From an uncultured Clostridia bacterium (GTDB lineage: Bacteria; Bacillota; Limnochordia; DTU080; RSA5): DNA of 64,000 bases. The position numbers were made by a program, and so were the translations under genes. This document shows, one piece after another, positions 48,608 through 57,700 of this stretch. The first letter of the stretch is position 1. Each line of letters begins with the position of its first letter. The stretch lies in the NCBI GenBank assembly GCA_964424335.1, contig CAYRIY010000003.1, positions 17,727 to 81,726 on the forward strand, in the 5' to 3' direction. The notes beneath the pieces were generated by a model. It was not told the origin of the DNA and ran no database searches. It saw nothing but the letters and a program-made list of their open reading frames with translations.

Positions 48608-49392
48608 ATCAAGGCTCGCTTCGCGTCATGGTGATTACACGAAAGCACCTCTATGTCTGTTTGGCTGTGATTGGGCTCATGGCCGGCATCATCAAAGGGC
48701 TCGGCGCCGTTTCGCCGACTGCTCCTGCGACGACGGCGAATGAAGGCGGCGTCGCCATTTTGTCGCAAGATCAGCCGGTGCGCCAAGTTCCGGGGCGTTC
48801 CGGTGAAATGGCGTTTACGGTCAACGTCGATTGGGGAAACGAAGTGTTGGTCGATATGCTCGACGTCTTCGACCGGTACGGCGTCAAAGTGACGTTTTTT
48901 CTGACGGGCCGCTGGGCAAAGGCTTTCCCTGAAATGGCCGCGGAGCTCGCGCGACGCGGACATGAAATCGGCAACCACGGCGTCTCACACGCCCATCCGA
49001 CTCAGCTTTCGGCATCCGATCTCAGAAAGCACATCGGCGATAACGTCGAGATCTTGCGCGCAGCTACAGGCGTCGAACCGGTGCCCCTTTACGCGCCTCC
49101 ATACGGAGAGCAGGACGGGCGGGTCGTGAGTGAAGCGGCAGGGTTAGGACACTGGACGACGCTGTGGACGCTCGATACGATCGATTGGCAAAACCCTTCG
49201 CCCGACACGATCTACAGGCGGATCGTGCCCCGGGCGGCTGATGGCGCCATCGTGTTGATGCATCCAAAGCCACAGACCCTCGAAGCGCTCCCGCGCATGA
49301 TCGAGGGTCTGAAAGAGAACGGTTACACGCTCGTGCCTCTACATGAGTTGATCGTGGGCGCGGCGCCTTTGCCTTTGGAAAATCCGTCCTAA
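48604..49392 (+). CDS. polysaccharide deacetylase (NodB domain, PdaB-like), tandem paralog
   Basis: NodB motifs (TVNVDWG, HEIGNHGVSHAHP, LYAPPYGE, IVLMHP); GTG start overlaps the upstream stop. Confidence 0.8.
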   Translation: MNQGSLRVMVITRKHLYVCLAVIGLMAGIIKGLGAVSPTAPATTANEGGVAILSQDQPVRQVPGRSGEMAFTVNVDWGNEVLVDMLDVFDRYGVKVTFFLTGRWAKAFPEMAAELARRGHEIGNHGVSHAHPTQLSASDLRKHIGDNVEILRAATGVEPVPLYAPPYGEQDGRVVSEAAGLGHWTTLWTLDTIDWQNPSPDTIYRRIVPRAADGAIVLMHPKPQTLEALPRMIEGLKENGYTLVPLHELIVGAAPLPLENPS

Positions 49393-50693
49393 ACCAAATT
49401 GTTGCGGATCACGGACCATATCCCCGGATCCTCTTGACCGAGTCGCCACAGGGAGATGCCTGCGAGGCCGTACTTTTTCACGAGCTCGATCTTGTGCGAG
49501 ACGCTCGAGCGGTCCTCGAAGTACACCGTCCTGCCTGCGCCGTATTTGAAATACGGCACTTTGGCGACGTCGTCCCACTGAATGCGGGCCCCATGAGCGC
49601 TCGCCAATTCCATCGCCTGCCGATACGTCACCGATCGACCGCGGCCGCTCGCAGGCCAATCGTACCCGTACGCCGGGATGCCAAGCACGATCTTCTCGGG
49701 CGGCACGCCGGTCGATATCGCATACCGGACGACGCGCTCGACCCAGCCGATCGACGCGACGGGGCCGGGTGGGCCGCCACGCCAGTGTTCGTCGTAGGTC
49801 ATGAGCATCATCTGGTCCACGTACTGGCCGATCGTGCCGTAGTCAAATCCGCCCGCCCACGTGCTCGAAATATCGTTGTAGGTCTTGGACGGAACGGCAA
49901 TCGTAACCGAGAGGCCCGCGGGCCCTAGCCGCTCTGAAAGCGCCTTGATGAACAGATTGAGATTTTGTCGATCGCTTGGGAGCACCATCTCGAAATCGAT
50001 GTGCACTCCGGACATGTCCCACTCGCGCAGCACTCGGTAAATGTCTTCGACGGCGTTTTGCCTCGACTGGGCGTTCGCGAGCACCGCGTGGGAAAGACTT
50101 ACATCAAAGTTGACCTCGCCGGATTGAGTCTGGCGAATGTTGTGCACGAGCGCAAGACTTTTTAGCCCGTTCTCGCCTGCCACCCGGAGCGCTTGCCCAA
50201 CGTCGCGGGCGTCGAATGAAAGGTTCATGTAGCCGCTGGGCAACACTTCCCACATCCAGGGGACGAGCGTCGTGATCACGTCCAGGTTTTCTCGCAGCGA
50301 CGGCCCGGACGGGCGAAGCGAGTCCGTGACGTAGTAGGCGACGACATCGTATTTGCCGCGCCTTGCTTGAGTGTTGGAGGTGTGGCTCGTTGAAACAGCG
50401 AAGGTATTGACGTAGCCTACCTGGCCGTTCGCAAGTCGTACGCGGTACCAGCCGTTTGTTTCGTCAAGGACGGTCAACGAGTCGCCTCGGACAAGCGTCG
50501 CGATGACCTCATCGCTGCGCGGAACCTCGTGAACGGACACTTTGTTGGCCCGGATGACGCCCGGACGTTCATTTTGGGTCGAAATCACGGCCGGCGCATC
50601 TGTATGGGACGGGGCATTTTTCGGGCCACCTCCTAGGAAGCCTCCCGTCAAGAGGAGTATAGATAGTAGTGTGATGAGGGCAGTCTGGGACAA
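49389..50693 (-). CDS. GH18 glycoside hydrolase with N-terminal SH3b-like domain (YdhD/YaaH-like spore peptidoglycan hydrolase)
   Basis: Signal peptide, SH3b (GDSLTVLDETNGWYRVRL), GH18 catalytic DGVHIDFE; TTG after GAGGAGG; its stop overlaps the convergent deacetylase stop. Confidence 0.8.
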   Translation of the reverse strand: MSQTALITLLSILLLTGGFLGGGPKNAPSHTDAPAVISTQNERPGVIRANKVSVHEVPRSDEVIATLVRGDSLTVLDETNGWYRVRLANGQVGYVNTFAVSTSHTSNTQARRGKYDVVAYYVTDSLRPSGPSLRENLDVITTLVPWMWEVLPSGYMNLSFDARDVGQALRVAGENGLKSLALVHNIRQTQSGEVNFDVSLSHAVLANAQSRQNAVEDIYRVLREWDMSGVHIDFEMVLPSDRQNLNLFIKALSERLGPAGLSVTIAVPSKTYNDISSTWAGGFDYGTIGQYVDQMMLMTYDEHWRGGPPGPVASIGWVERVVRYAISTGVPPEKIVLGIPAYGYDWPASGRGRSVTYRQAMELASAHGARIQWDDVAKVPYFKYGAGRTVYFEDRSSVSHKIELVKKYGLAGISLWRLGQEDPGIWSVIRNNLV

Positions 50694-50946
50694 GTCTTCG
50701 CCTCCTCGTGGTCACGGGTGTGGTTGGGCTTCGCTTGGTCGGCCCAAAGCGCGGCAGGTTGATCTCGCGTTAAGAGCGCGCCGCATCGAAGGGACTAGAC
50801 GCTGATAGGTTGGAGGTTCGTGCGCCAACCGAGCGCTTCCTTTAGGCAATAATCGCGCCTTACGCCAGCTAATGCCAGGTTTGTGCACGTGTGGTTCGCG
50901 CCTGTCGGCGATTGTGATCGTGAATGATTCGGGGGTAACAGCCTTA

Positions 50947-52215
50947 GTGTACCAGCGCACGCGATTAGACAACGGCATTCGTGTCGTGACGGAATCGATT
51001 CCCTACGTCCGTTCGGTAGCGATCGGGTTTTGGTACCTCGCGGGCTCGCGGCACGAATCGCCGGCACAAAACGGCATCTCTCACCTCATCGAACACTTGA
51101 TGTTTAAGGGGACCAAGAGGCGCACCGCCCGACAAATCGCCGAGATCATCGACGCGTCCGGCGGACAGATGAACGCATTTACCAGTAAGGAGACAACGTG
51201 TTACTACGCCCGAGTGCTCGACGAACACGTCGGTTTGGCCGTCGAAATACTCTCGGATATGCTGCGTCATTCCCTGTTTGCTCCGGCCGAAATCGACAAA
51301 GAGAAAGGCGTCGTCCTCGAGGAGATCAAGATGTACGAAGACTCGCCGGACGAGATCGTGCACGATCTGTTTGCTGAGGCAGTCTTAGCGGGCCACCCCC
51401 TCGGTCAAGGCATCTTGGGCACCGAGGAGACGGTGGGGCCGATCGATCGCGAGCAGGTCCTAGGCTACATCGCCAAGCGCTACAACGCGAACAACCTCGT
51501 CGTCGCCGCGGCGGGGAACATCGTTCATTCGCAGGTGGTCGAGGAGGTCGAGCGGTGGTTTAGCGATTTGCCGGTGGGCGAGGCCCAGTCGGATTACGTC
51601 CCCCTCGTGCTTTCTGGCCATGACGCAACGCGCACCAAAGATACGGAGCAGGTGCACATCTGCGTCGGATCGCTCGGGCTCGAGCGCAACCATCCGGATC
51701 GATACGCGCTTCACGTGCTCGACATCGCACTTGGCGGCGGGATGAGTTCGCGCTTTTTCCAAGATCTGCGAGAGGAGCGCGGCCTCGTCTATTCCACCTA
51801 CACCTACCACACGAGCTTTGAAGAAACAGGTTTGTTTACGGTTTACGCCGGCACCTCGCCTGAGAACGTCGAGCAGGTGCTCGGGTTGCTTCACACCGGC
51901 TTGATCGATGCGGCCCAAAAGGGGTTTGGCTCGGACGAACTGCTCAGGGCAAAGGAGCAGCTCAAAGGGAGCTTGATGATCGGACTCGAAAATACGGCAA
52001 ACCGCATGAGCCGGATCGCTCGGTGCGATCTACTTGGTGAAGAGCTGCTGACACCCGACGAACTCATCCGGAAGATCGACAAAGTGACGTTGAAGGACCT
52101 CGAGCGCGTGGCGCACACGCTCTTTAGCGGCCGACTCTACACGGTTGCGATCGGGCCCGTCGACGAATCGCTCACATGTGTGTCGAGGGCCGGCGCCGAG
52201 GAGGAAAACCGCTGA
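50947..52215 (+). CDS. M16-family zinc peptidase (YmxG/MlpA-like)
   Basis: Inverted zinc motif HLIEHLMFKGT...E; conserved ymxG-(dut)-ymxH-dpaAB neighbourhood; start ambiguous (ATG 50872 vs GTG 50947). Confidence 0.8.
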   Translation: MYQRTRLDNGIRVVTESIPYVRSVAIGFWYLAGSRHESPAQNGISHLIEHLMFKGTKRRTARQIAEIIDASGGQMNAFTSKETTCYYARVLDEHVGLAVEILSDMLRHSLFAPAEIDKEKGVVLEEIKMYEDSPDEIVHDLFAEAVLAGHPLGQGILGTEETVGPIDREQVLGYIAKRYNANNLVVAAAGNIVHSQVVEEVERWFSDLPVGEAQSDYVPLVLSGHDATRTKDTEQVHICVGSLGLERNHPDRYALHVLDIALGGGMSSRFFQDLREERGLVYSTYTYHTSFEETGLFTVYAGTSPENVEQVLGLLHTGLIDAAQKGFGSDELLRAKEQLKGSLMIGLENTANRMSRIARCDLLGEELLTPDELIRKIDKVTLKDLERVAHTLFSGRLYTVAIGPVDESLTCVSRAGAEEENR

Positions 52216-52676
52216 TGGACGGTCGGATTTGCGTGAAAGTGCTGCCCGTATCGCCGCTCATTGGATCCAAGATCGATTTGCCCGCATACGCGACGCCTGG
52301 CTCGGCCGGGATGGATCTGCGGGCCTGCATCGAACGCCCGCTTACGATTGCCCCGGGCGAGCGTGCGCTCGTTCCCACGGGGATCGCGATCCAGTTGCCT
52401 TCGCCAACGATCGGAGCCTTTGTCTTCGCACGAAGCGGCCTCGCGGCAAAGCATGGCATCCACCTTGCCAACGGGGTCGGTGTCATTGACAGCGACTACA
52501 CGGGCGAGATCAAGTGCGCCATGGCCAACGCCGGCAACGAGGCGTTCACCATCGCACCCGGCGATCGGATTGCCCAACTCGTTTTTCTCCCGATTTACCT
52601 CGCTGAATTGGAAATAGTAGACTCGCTCTCCGAGACCGTCCGCGGCGCGGGCGGGTTTGGACACACCGGGCTCTAA
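52215..52676 (+). CDS. dut: dUTP diphosphatase
   Basis: Five dUTPase motifs (AGMDLRA, RSGLA, GVIDSDY.GE, GDRIAQLVF); TGATG overlap. Confidence 0.9.
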   Translation: MDGRICVKVLPVSPLIGSKIDLPAYATPGSAGMDLRACIERPLTIAPGERALVPTGIAIQLPSPTIGAFVFARSGLAAKHGIHLANGVGVIDSDYTGEIKCAMANAGNEAFTIAPGDRIAQLVFLPIYLAELEIVDSLSETVRGAGGFGHTGL

Positions 52677-52748
52677 AGCTTTTCCGGTTTATATCCCGCG
52701 GCAATCGCATAGCTTCGTAGTGTCACTTCTTTCGCGAGGGGTATCACG

Positions 52749-52988
52749 TTGAGGTACAGCGATTTGGCGGGAAAGGAGATCATCGACATCGATGAAGGCG
52801 TTCGCATTGGGGTGATCAGTGAGACCGACCTCGTCGTCGACTGTGCCGAGGGGTGCATTCGCTCCATCATCATTCCCACCCGTGGCCGTTTTTGGGGCAG
52901 ACGGGAGCTTGTGATTCCCTGGAGCGGAATCCGAAAGATCGGAGTCGACCTCATCATCGTCGATATGAGCGCGGTTCGGTCCGTGTGA
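52749..52988 (+). CDS. ymxH: YlmC/YmxH-family sporulation protein (PRC barrel)
   Basis: MRYSDLAGKEIIDIDEG..IG.I.DLVVD; 79 aa; TTG start. Confidence 0.8.
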   Translation: MRYSDLAGKEIIDIDEGVRIGVISETDLVVDCAEGCIRSIIIPTRGRFWGRRELVIPWSGIRKIGVDLIIVDMSAVRSV

Positions 52989-53116
52989 GCGCGGGGGCGG
53001 CAATCGAATATCGTGGCGCGACGGGGGCCAGAATAGAAGGGCCGAAGGTCATTCGCTTTAGGGACGGAAGGCGCCTTCTTTCGGTAAGCAACCTCTACAA
53101 AGGAGTGCTTTACGAT

Positions 53117-53668
53117 ATGGCCACTGTCGTAGGTGTCTTTTCCAGCCACGAACAGGCGGAGAAAGCAGTACGTTCTCTGCAGGACAAAGGGTTCACCAAA
53201 GATGATATCAGCATCGCCGCGCGGGACGATCGCCAGGGATCCGGCGATCAGAACGAAGGCGGGGGTCAGGGCGAGAACGGCTTTGGCTTCGAGGCTGGTG
53301 GCGATATGGGGATGAGTTCCGACTCGGTGACCGACGGCACGGCGTGGGGTGGGGCGCTCGGCGGGCTTGCGGGCTTGCTCGCCGGTGTTGGCGCGCTTGC
53401 GATCCCGGGCATCGGCCCGATCGTAGCCGCGGGTCCTCTGGCTGCAGCGCTTTCGGGCGCGGTGGCGGGAGGTGTCGCCGGCGGCTTGATCGACTTTGGC
53501 ATTCCAGAGCAAGAAGGTCGCCGATATGAGAACGAGCTAAAGCAAGGGAACGCTTTGGCGATCATCAAGGCTGAAGGCGACAAGGCCGAAATCGCCGAAT
53601 CGATCCTGCAGCAGTCGGGTGCGAACGAAGTGCAGGTGTTTGACGGCAACGGGTCGGAATCGCACTAA
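53117..53668 (+). CDS. YflT/DUF1269-type general stress protein (glycine-zipper membrane-associated)
   Basis: N-terminal VVGVF...A..AV..L...GF and C-terminal GIPE.EGRRYE..L..G..L motifs around a Gly/Ala-rich segment. Confidence 0.7.
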   Translation: MATVVGVFSSHEQAEKAVRSLQDKGFTKDDISIAARDDRQGSGDQNEGGGQGENGFGFEAGGDMGMSSDSVTDGTAWGGALGGLAGLLAGVGALAIPGIGPIVAAGPLAAALSGAVAGGVAGGLIDFGIPEQEGRRYENELKQGNALAIIKAEGDKAEIAESILQQSGANEVQVFDGNGSESH

Positions 53669-53835
53669 CCGCGTCCTGCTCACCGCTGGGAGTCGAAAGG
53701 GCTCGGAGCATCCCGAGCCCTTTCGCTGCCTCGTTGTCAGCGCCCGTCACGGGCTAGGCAATGGTTGACAAGCCTTTCCCAATGAGGCAAAATGGGCTTA
53801 AAAGAATCCAATTGCAGACTAACTGCGAGGGCCAT

Positions 53836-53996
53836 AGAGGCGCGAGAGACAAGAGTAGGGTCGTTGAGGCAAGGGCAGCCAGTGAAGCGACCGCGAAAGG
53901 GGATCTCGCCGAAGTTCGACTTTTCGCCCGGTAAAGTCGGACTGGGGTGGCGGCAAAGAGCCGTCGCACTGCCACCGTGATCGGTGGAGCGCTATC
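53836..53996 (+). promoter_or_regulatory. lysine riboswitch (L-box) aptamer
   Basis: L-box blocks in order: AGAGGCGCGAG...AGAGTAGGG, GAAAGGGGATCTCGCCGAAG, GTCGCACTG, GGTGGAGCGCTATCC, all close to the B. subtilis lysC leader. Confidence 0.8.
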
Positions 53997-54026
53997 CCGG
54001 CAGCACGAAAAGGGCTTATAGCGTTC

Positions 54027-54056
54027 GGTTGGCTTTCAATGTGCCAGCCTTTTTTT
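54027..54056 (+). terminator. intrinsic terminator (L-box expression platform)
   Basis: GGTTGGC-TTTCAATGT-GCCAGCC stem-loop followed by TTTTTTT, ~40 nt upstream of dapB. Confidence 0.6.
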
Positions 54057-54097
54057 TATGCCCCGATGAGTTTCATAAATTAAGGAGGCATTCCCCC

Positions 54098-54898
54098 ATG
54101 AACGTGGTGGTTAGCGGAGCCGGCGGCAAGATGGGCCGCGAGGTGGTACGAGCCGTCCACGGCGCGAACGACATGGAACTGGTCGGCGCCATCGATCCGT
54201 TTTGCGCCGGAGAGGATGCCGGCGAACTTGCGGGCCTGGGCTCCCTAGGCGTGCCTGTATACGCTTCGATCGAGGAAGCGTTTGAGCAGACCGACGCGGA
54301 TCGCATGGTCGACTTTACCACGCCCGATGCGGTTTTTGACAACGTCATGACGGCCCTCGATCTTGGTAAGCGGGTCGTCTTTGGCACGACGGGCCTGGAT
54401 GAGGAGCGCCTGCAAGAGATCGATGCGCGGGCGCGTGAGCGATCGCTTGGCGTCGTACACGCTCCAAACTTTGCCATCGGCGCCGTCCTCATGATGCGAT
54501 TTGCCGCCGAGGCCTCCCGGTTTTTTGACCAGGTGGAGATCATCGAACTCCACCACGATCAAAAGAAAGACGCGCCGAGCGGAACCGCAATCAAGACCGC
54601 AGAGCTGATTGCAGAGGCGAGAAAGTCTCGAGGCGAAGTGGCTGCAGTCACCGAGACCGAAGTGGTTGCGGGGGCGCGCGGCGGGGAGGTCCAGGGCGTG
54701 CAGGTACATAGCGTCAGGTTGCCGGGACTCGTAGCGCACCAGGAGGTGTTGCTCGGACTTCCGGGTCAGACGCTCACCATTCGGCACGACTCCTTTGATC
54801 GGGCTTCATTCATGCCCGGCGTGCTGCTTGCGCTGCGAAAGGTCGGGGAGATTACGGGGTTGGTTTACGGCCTCGAGCACCTTCTTTTCGAGGAGTAA
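54098..54898 (+). CDS. dapB: 4-hydroxy-tetrahydrodipicolinate reductase
   Basis: NAD(P)-binding VVVSGAGGKMGRE, E(L/I)HH.K.D.PSGTA; ATG after AAGGAGG. Confidence 0.9.
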   Translation: MNVVVSGAGGKMGREVVRAVHGANDMELVGAIDPFCAGEDAGELAGLGSLGVPVYASIEEAFEQTDADRMVDFTTPDAVFDNVMTALDLGKRVVFGTTGLDEERLQEIDARARERSLGVVHAPNFAIGAVLMMRFAAEASRFFDQVEIIELHHDQKKDAPSGTAIKTAELIAEARKSRGEVAAVTETEVVAGARGGEVQGVQVHSVRLPGLVAHQEVLLGLPGQTLTIRHDSFDRASFMPGVLLALRKVGEITGLVYGLEHLLFEE

Positions 54899-54940
54899 AT
54901 CTCGCGTCGGGTCGGACCTTGTCGGCATTTACGGCGAATC

Positions 54941-54968
54941 ACCCGCCTACCTGAAGCGTCATAGAGTA
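54941..54968 (+). promoter_or_regulatory. candidate sigma-K-type promoter (AC-17-CATAGAGTA) upstream of dpaA
   Basis: Matches the mother-cell sigma-K consensus AC-N16/17-CATAnnnTA; spoVF (dpaAB) is sigma-K-dependent in B. subtilis. Confidence 0.35.
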
Positions 54969-55020
54969 CTACTGTACATGGCATGCGATCGACGCTCCGG
55001 AAAAAAGGGAGGCGACCTCC

Positions 55021-55911
55021 TTGCCAGGCGCGGATGGACTGCGAGTGGCAATGCTCGGGGGCGATGAACGAGAACTGGTGTTGCTAAGGAGCCTCCTCGA
55101 TCACAAGTTTCATGTGGTCGTGGCCGGGTACCCCGACCTGCCCGAGATTAGCGGATCGACTCGGGCTCAGAGCGTGTATGAGGCGGTGAAGGGCGCAGAC
55201 GCCGTCGTCTGTCCAATGAGCAACACGGACGAGGAGGGTGTCATCAAGGCGTGCCTCGACCGGTCGGTGCGACTGGTCCTGGACGAGAAGGCGTTCTCGC
55301 TGATGGGCGCCGGGACGCCGCTCTTCATCGGGGTGGCAAAGCCAAAGATCGAGATGCTCGCGGTAAAGTACGGCGTGCGCTTGGTCCAAGTCGCCGAGGT
55401 CGACGAGGTTGCGGTCTTAAACTCCATTCCCACGGCAGAAGGAGCGATCGCTAAGGCGATGGCGGAACTCGAGGTGACGCTCCACGGCAGCCGCGCAGTC
55501 GTCGTCGGTTTTGGGCGGTGCGCCGTGACGCTCGCTCGAATGCTTGCGGGAATAGGAGCGAAGGTCCGGGTGGTTGCGAGGGATCGGGCGCAGCTCGCCA
55601 GGGCGTTCGAAATGGGACTCGATACAGGGCGCCTTCTCGAAATTGCGCGTTTCGTCGAGGACGCGGCAGTGGTCTTTAATACGGTTCCCGCGATGATTCT
55701 CAGCCGTGACGTGCTTTCGCGGATGCCAAAATCGGCCGTTGTCATCGACATTGCCTCTGCGCCTGGGGGGACGGACTTTCAAGCTGCCGGCGAACTTGGA
55801 ATCAAGGCTTTCTTGGAACTTGGCATTCCCGGGAAGGTCGCTCCAAAGACGGCCGGAGAAGTCTTGGCAAACGTCGTGCCGCCGATGATTCTCGAGGCCT
55901 GCGGCCGCTAG
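55021..55911 (+). CDS. dpaA: dipicolinate synthase subunit A
   Basis: Rossmann-like domain (VVVGFGRCAVTLARML), DpaA family; TTG after GGGAGG. Confidence 0.85.
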   Translation: MPGADGLRVAMLGGDERELVLLRSLLDHKFHVVVAGYPDLPEISGSTRAQSVYEAVKGADAVVCPMSNTDEEGVIKACLDRSVRLVLDEKAFSLMGAGTPLFIGVAKPKIEMLAVKYGVRLVQVAEVDEVAVLNSIPTAEGAIAKAMAELEVTLHGSRAVVVGFGRCAVTLARMLAGIGAKVRVVARDRAQLARAFEMGLDTGRLLEIARFVEDAAVVFNTVPAMILSRDVLSRMPKSAVVIDIASAPGGTDFQAAGELGIKAFLELGIPGKVAPKTAGEVLANVVPPMILEACGR

Positions 55912-55941
55912 CTTGGAGCGTTCAATCTCGAAAGGCCGGGG

Positions 55942-56598
55942 ATGGGTCGCTTTGTCGTGTGCACCAACTTTCAGGGCGAGAGGTGCATACACAAATTGCG
56001 CTTGCAGGGTAAGACGATAGGCTGGGGGGTCTGCGGTTCGCACTGCAGTTACGAAGAAGTGCTGCCGCAGGTCGAATCGGTAATCAAAGAGGGCGCCAGA
56101 GTGATCCCGGTGATGTCCAACACGGCGATCACCACACAGACACGGTTTGGGACGCCGGAAAACTTGGCCGCCCAACTCAAAGCGATAACCGGGAACGATC
56201 CGATCACATCGATCGTAGAGGCCGAGCCCTCGGGTCAAAAGAAGACGTTTGATTGCTTTGTCATCGCACCTTGTACGGGGAATACGCTGGCCAAGCTTGC
56301 AAATGCGTTTACGGACACGCCTGTGCTGATGGCCGCCAAGGGCACGCTTAGGAACTGGCGTCCCGTCGTCGTCGCGATTTCGACCAACGACGCGCTTGGC
56401 AACAATGCAAAGAACATCGGGATACTGCTAAACACACGCAACATGTACTTCGTGCCCTTTGGCCAAGACAATCCCGAAGCAAAGCCAAACTCGTGTGTCG
56501 CAGACTTCAACCTGGCCAAGGACACGGTGATCGAAGCGCTCAATGGAAGACAGTTGCAACCGGTAATCATCGAGAGGTCTAGGAGGGCGATCCGATAG
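55942..56598 (+). CDS. dpaB: dipicolinate synthase subunit B (flavoprotein-like)
   Basis: GWGVCGSHCSY... and IAPCTGNTLAKLA motifs of the DpaB/SpoVFB family. Confidence 0.85.
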   Translation: MGRFVVCTNFQGERCIHKLRLQGKTIGWGVCGSHCSYEEVLPQVESVIKEGARVIPVMSNTAITTQTRFGTPENLAAQLKAITGNDPITSIVEAEPSGQKKTFDCFVIAPCTGNTLAKLANAFTDTPVLMAAKGTLRNWRPVVVAISTNDALGNNAKNIGILLNTRNMYFVPFGQDNPEAKPNSCVADFNLAKDTVIEALNGRQLQPVIIERSRRAIR

Positions 56599-56629
56599 GA
56601 CCGCCCTGGCGAAAGAAAGGGTGTTGTCG

Positions 56630-57673
56630 ATGTCTGCTTTGAACGTCGCGATCTTGGGTGCGACCGGGGTCGTCGGAATGGAACTTCTCAAAATCCTCGA
56701 GGAGCGGAACTTTCCCATAGGTTCGCTCAAGCTCTTGGCATCGCCTCGCAGCGCGGGAAAGAAGGTCCGATTCAAAGATCAGGAACTGACGATCGAGGCG
56801 GTCGGCCCCGAGGCATTCCGCGGCATCGACATCGCTTTTTTCAGCGCCGGAGGGAGCGTGAGCCAGGAGTGGGCGCCCATCGCCGTCTCCAGCGGCGCGC
56901 TCGTCATCGACAATACAAGCGCGTTTAGGTTAGATCCTGACGTGCCGCTCGTCGTCCCGGAAGTAAATTCACACGCAATCGGCGAACACAAGGGAATCAT
57001 TGCAAATCCCAACTGTTCGACGATCATTATGGCGGTTCCCCTTGCGCCGATCTACAGGGAGTTTGGCATCCGCCGCGTCGTCGTCTCGACCTATCAGGCA
57101 GTTTCCGGCGCCGGACTCCAGGCGATGCAAGAGCTCGAAGAGCAGGTGCGGGCCTATGCCGAAGGAAGACCGATGGAGGCAAACGTCCTACCGGTGGCGT
57201 CGCTTCCGGTTCATCATCAGATCGCCTTTAATTTGATACCTCACATCGACGTCTTTCAAGATCTGGGCTACACCAAAGAAGAGTGGAAGATGGTCCATGA
57301 GGCGCGCAAGATTTTGGGCGCGCCGGATCTCAAGGTGTCGCCGACGACGGTCCGAGTTCCCGTCTTGCGCAGCCACTCCGAATCGATCAACGTCGAGACC
57401 GAACGGTACGTCTCCGCGGACGACCTGCGTGCGGTCTTGCAAAGCGCCGAGGGGGTCGAAGTTGTCGACGATCCTGAGCGCCTCGAGTATCCGATGCCCT
57501 GGCAGGCATCGGGGAAGGACCCGGTGTTCGTCGGTAGGATCAGACAAGATCCGACTGTCGAGAACGGCATCAACATGTTTGTGGTCGGCGACCAGATCCG
57601 CAAAGGCGCGGCTTTGAACGCAGTGCAGATCGCCGAGCGCGCCTTGGCAGATGGGCACTTGAGGGCCCGTTGA
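56630..57673 (+). CDS. asd: aspartate-semialdehyde dehydrogenase
   Basis: VAILGATGVVG, active-site NPNCSTI; ATG 10 nt after GAAAGGG. Confidence 0.9.
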   Translation: MSALNVAILGATGVVGMELLKILEERNFPIGSLKLLASPRSAGKKVRFKDQELTIEAVGPEAFRGIDIAFFSAGGSVSQEWAPIAVSSGALVIDNTSAFRLDPDVPLVVPEVNSHAIGEHKGIIANPNCSTIIMAVPLAPIYREFGIRRVVVSTYQAVSGAGLQAMQELEEQVRAYAEGRPMEANVLPVASLPVHHQIAFNLIPHIDVFQDLGYTKEEWKMVHEARKILGAPDLKVSPTTVRVPVLRSHSESINVETERYVSADDLRAVLQSAEGVEVVDDPERLEYPMPWQASGKDPVFVGRIRQDPTVENGINMFVVGDQIRKGAALNAVQIAERALADGHLRAR

Positions 57674-57700
57674 TCAATGGGACATAAGGAGAGAGCGCGT

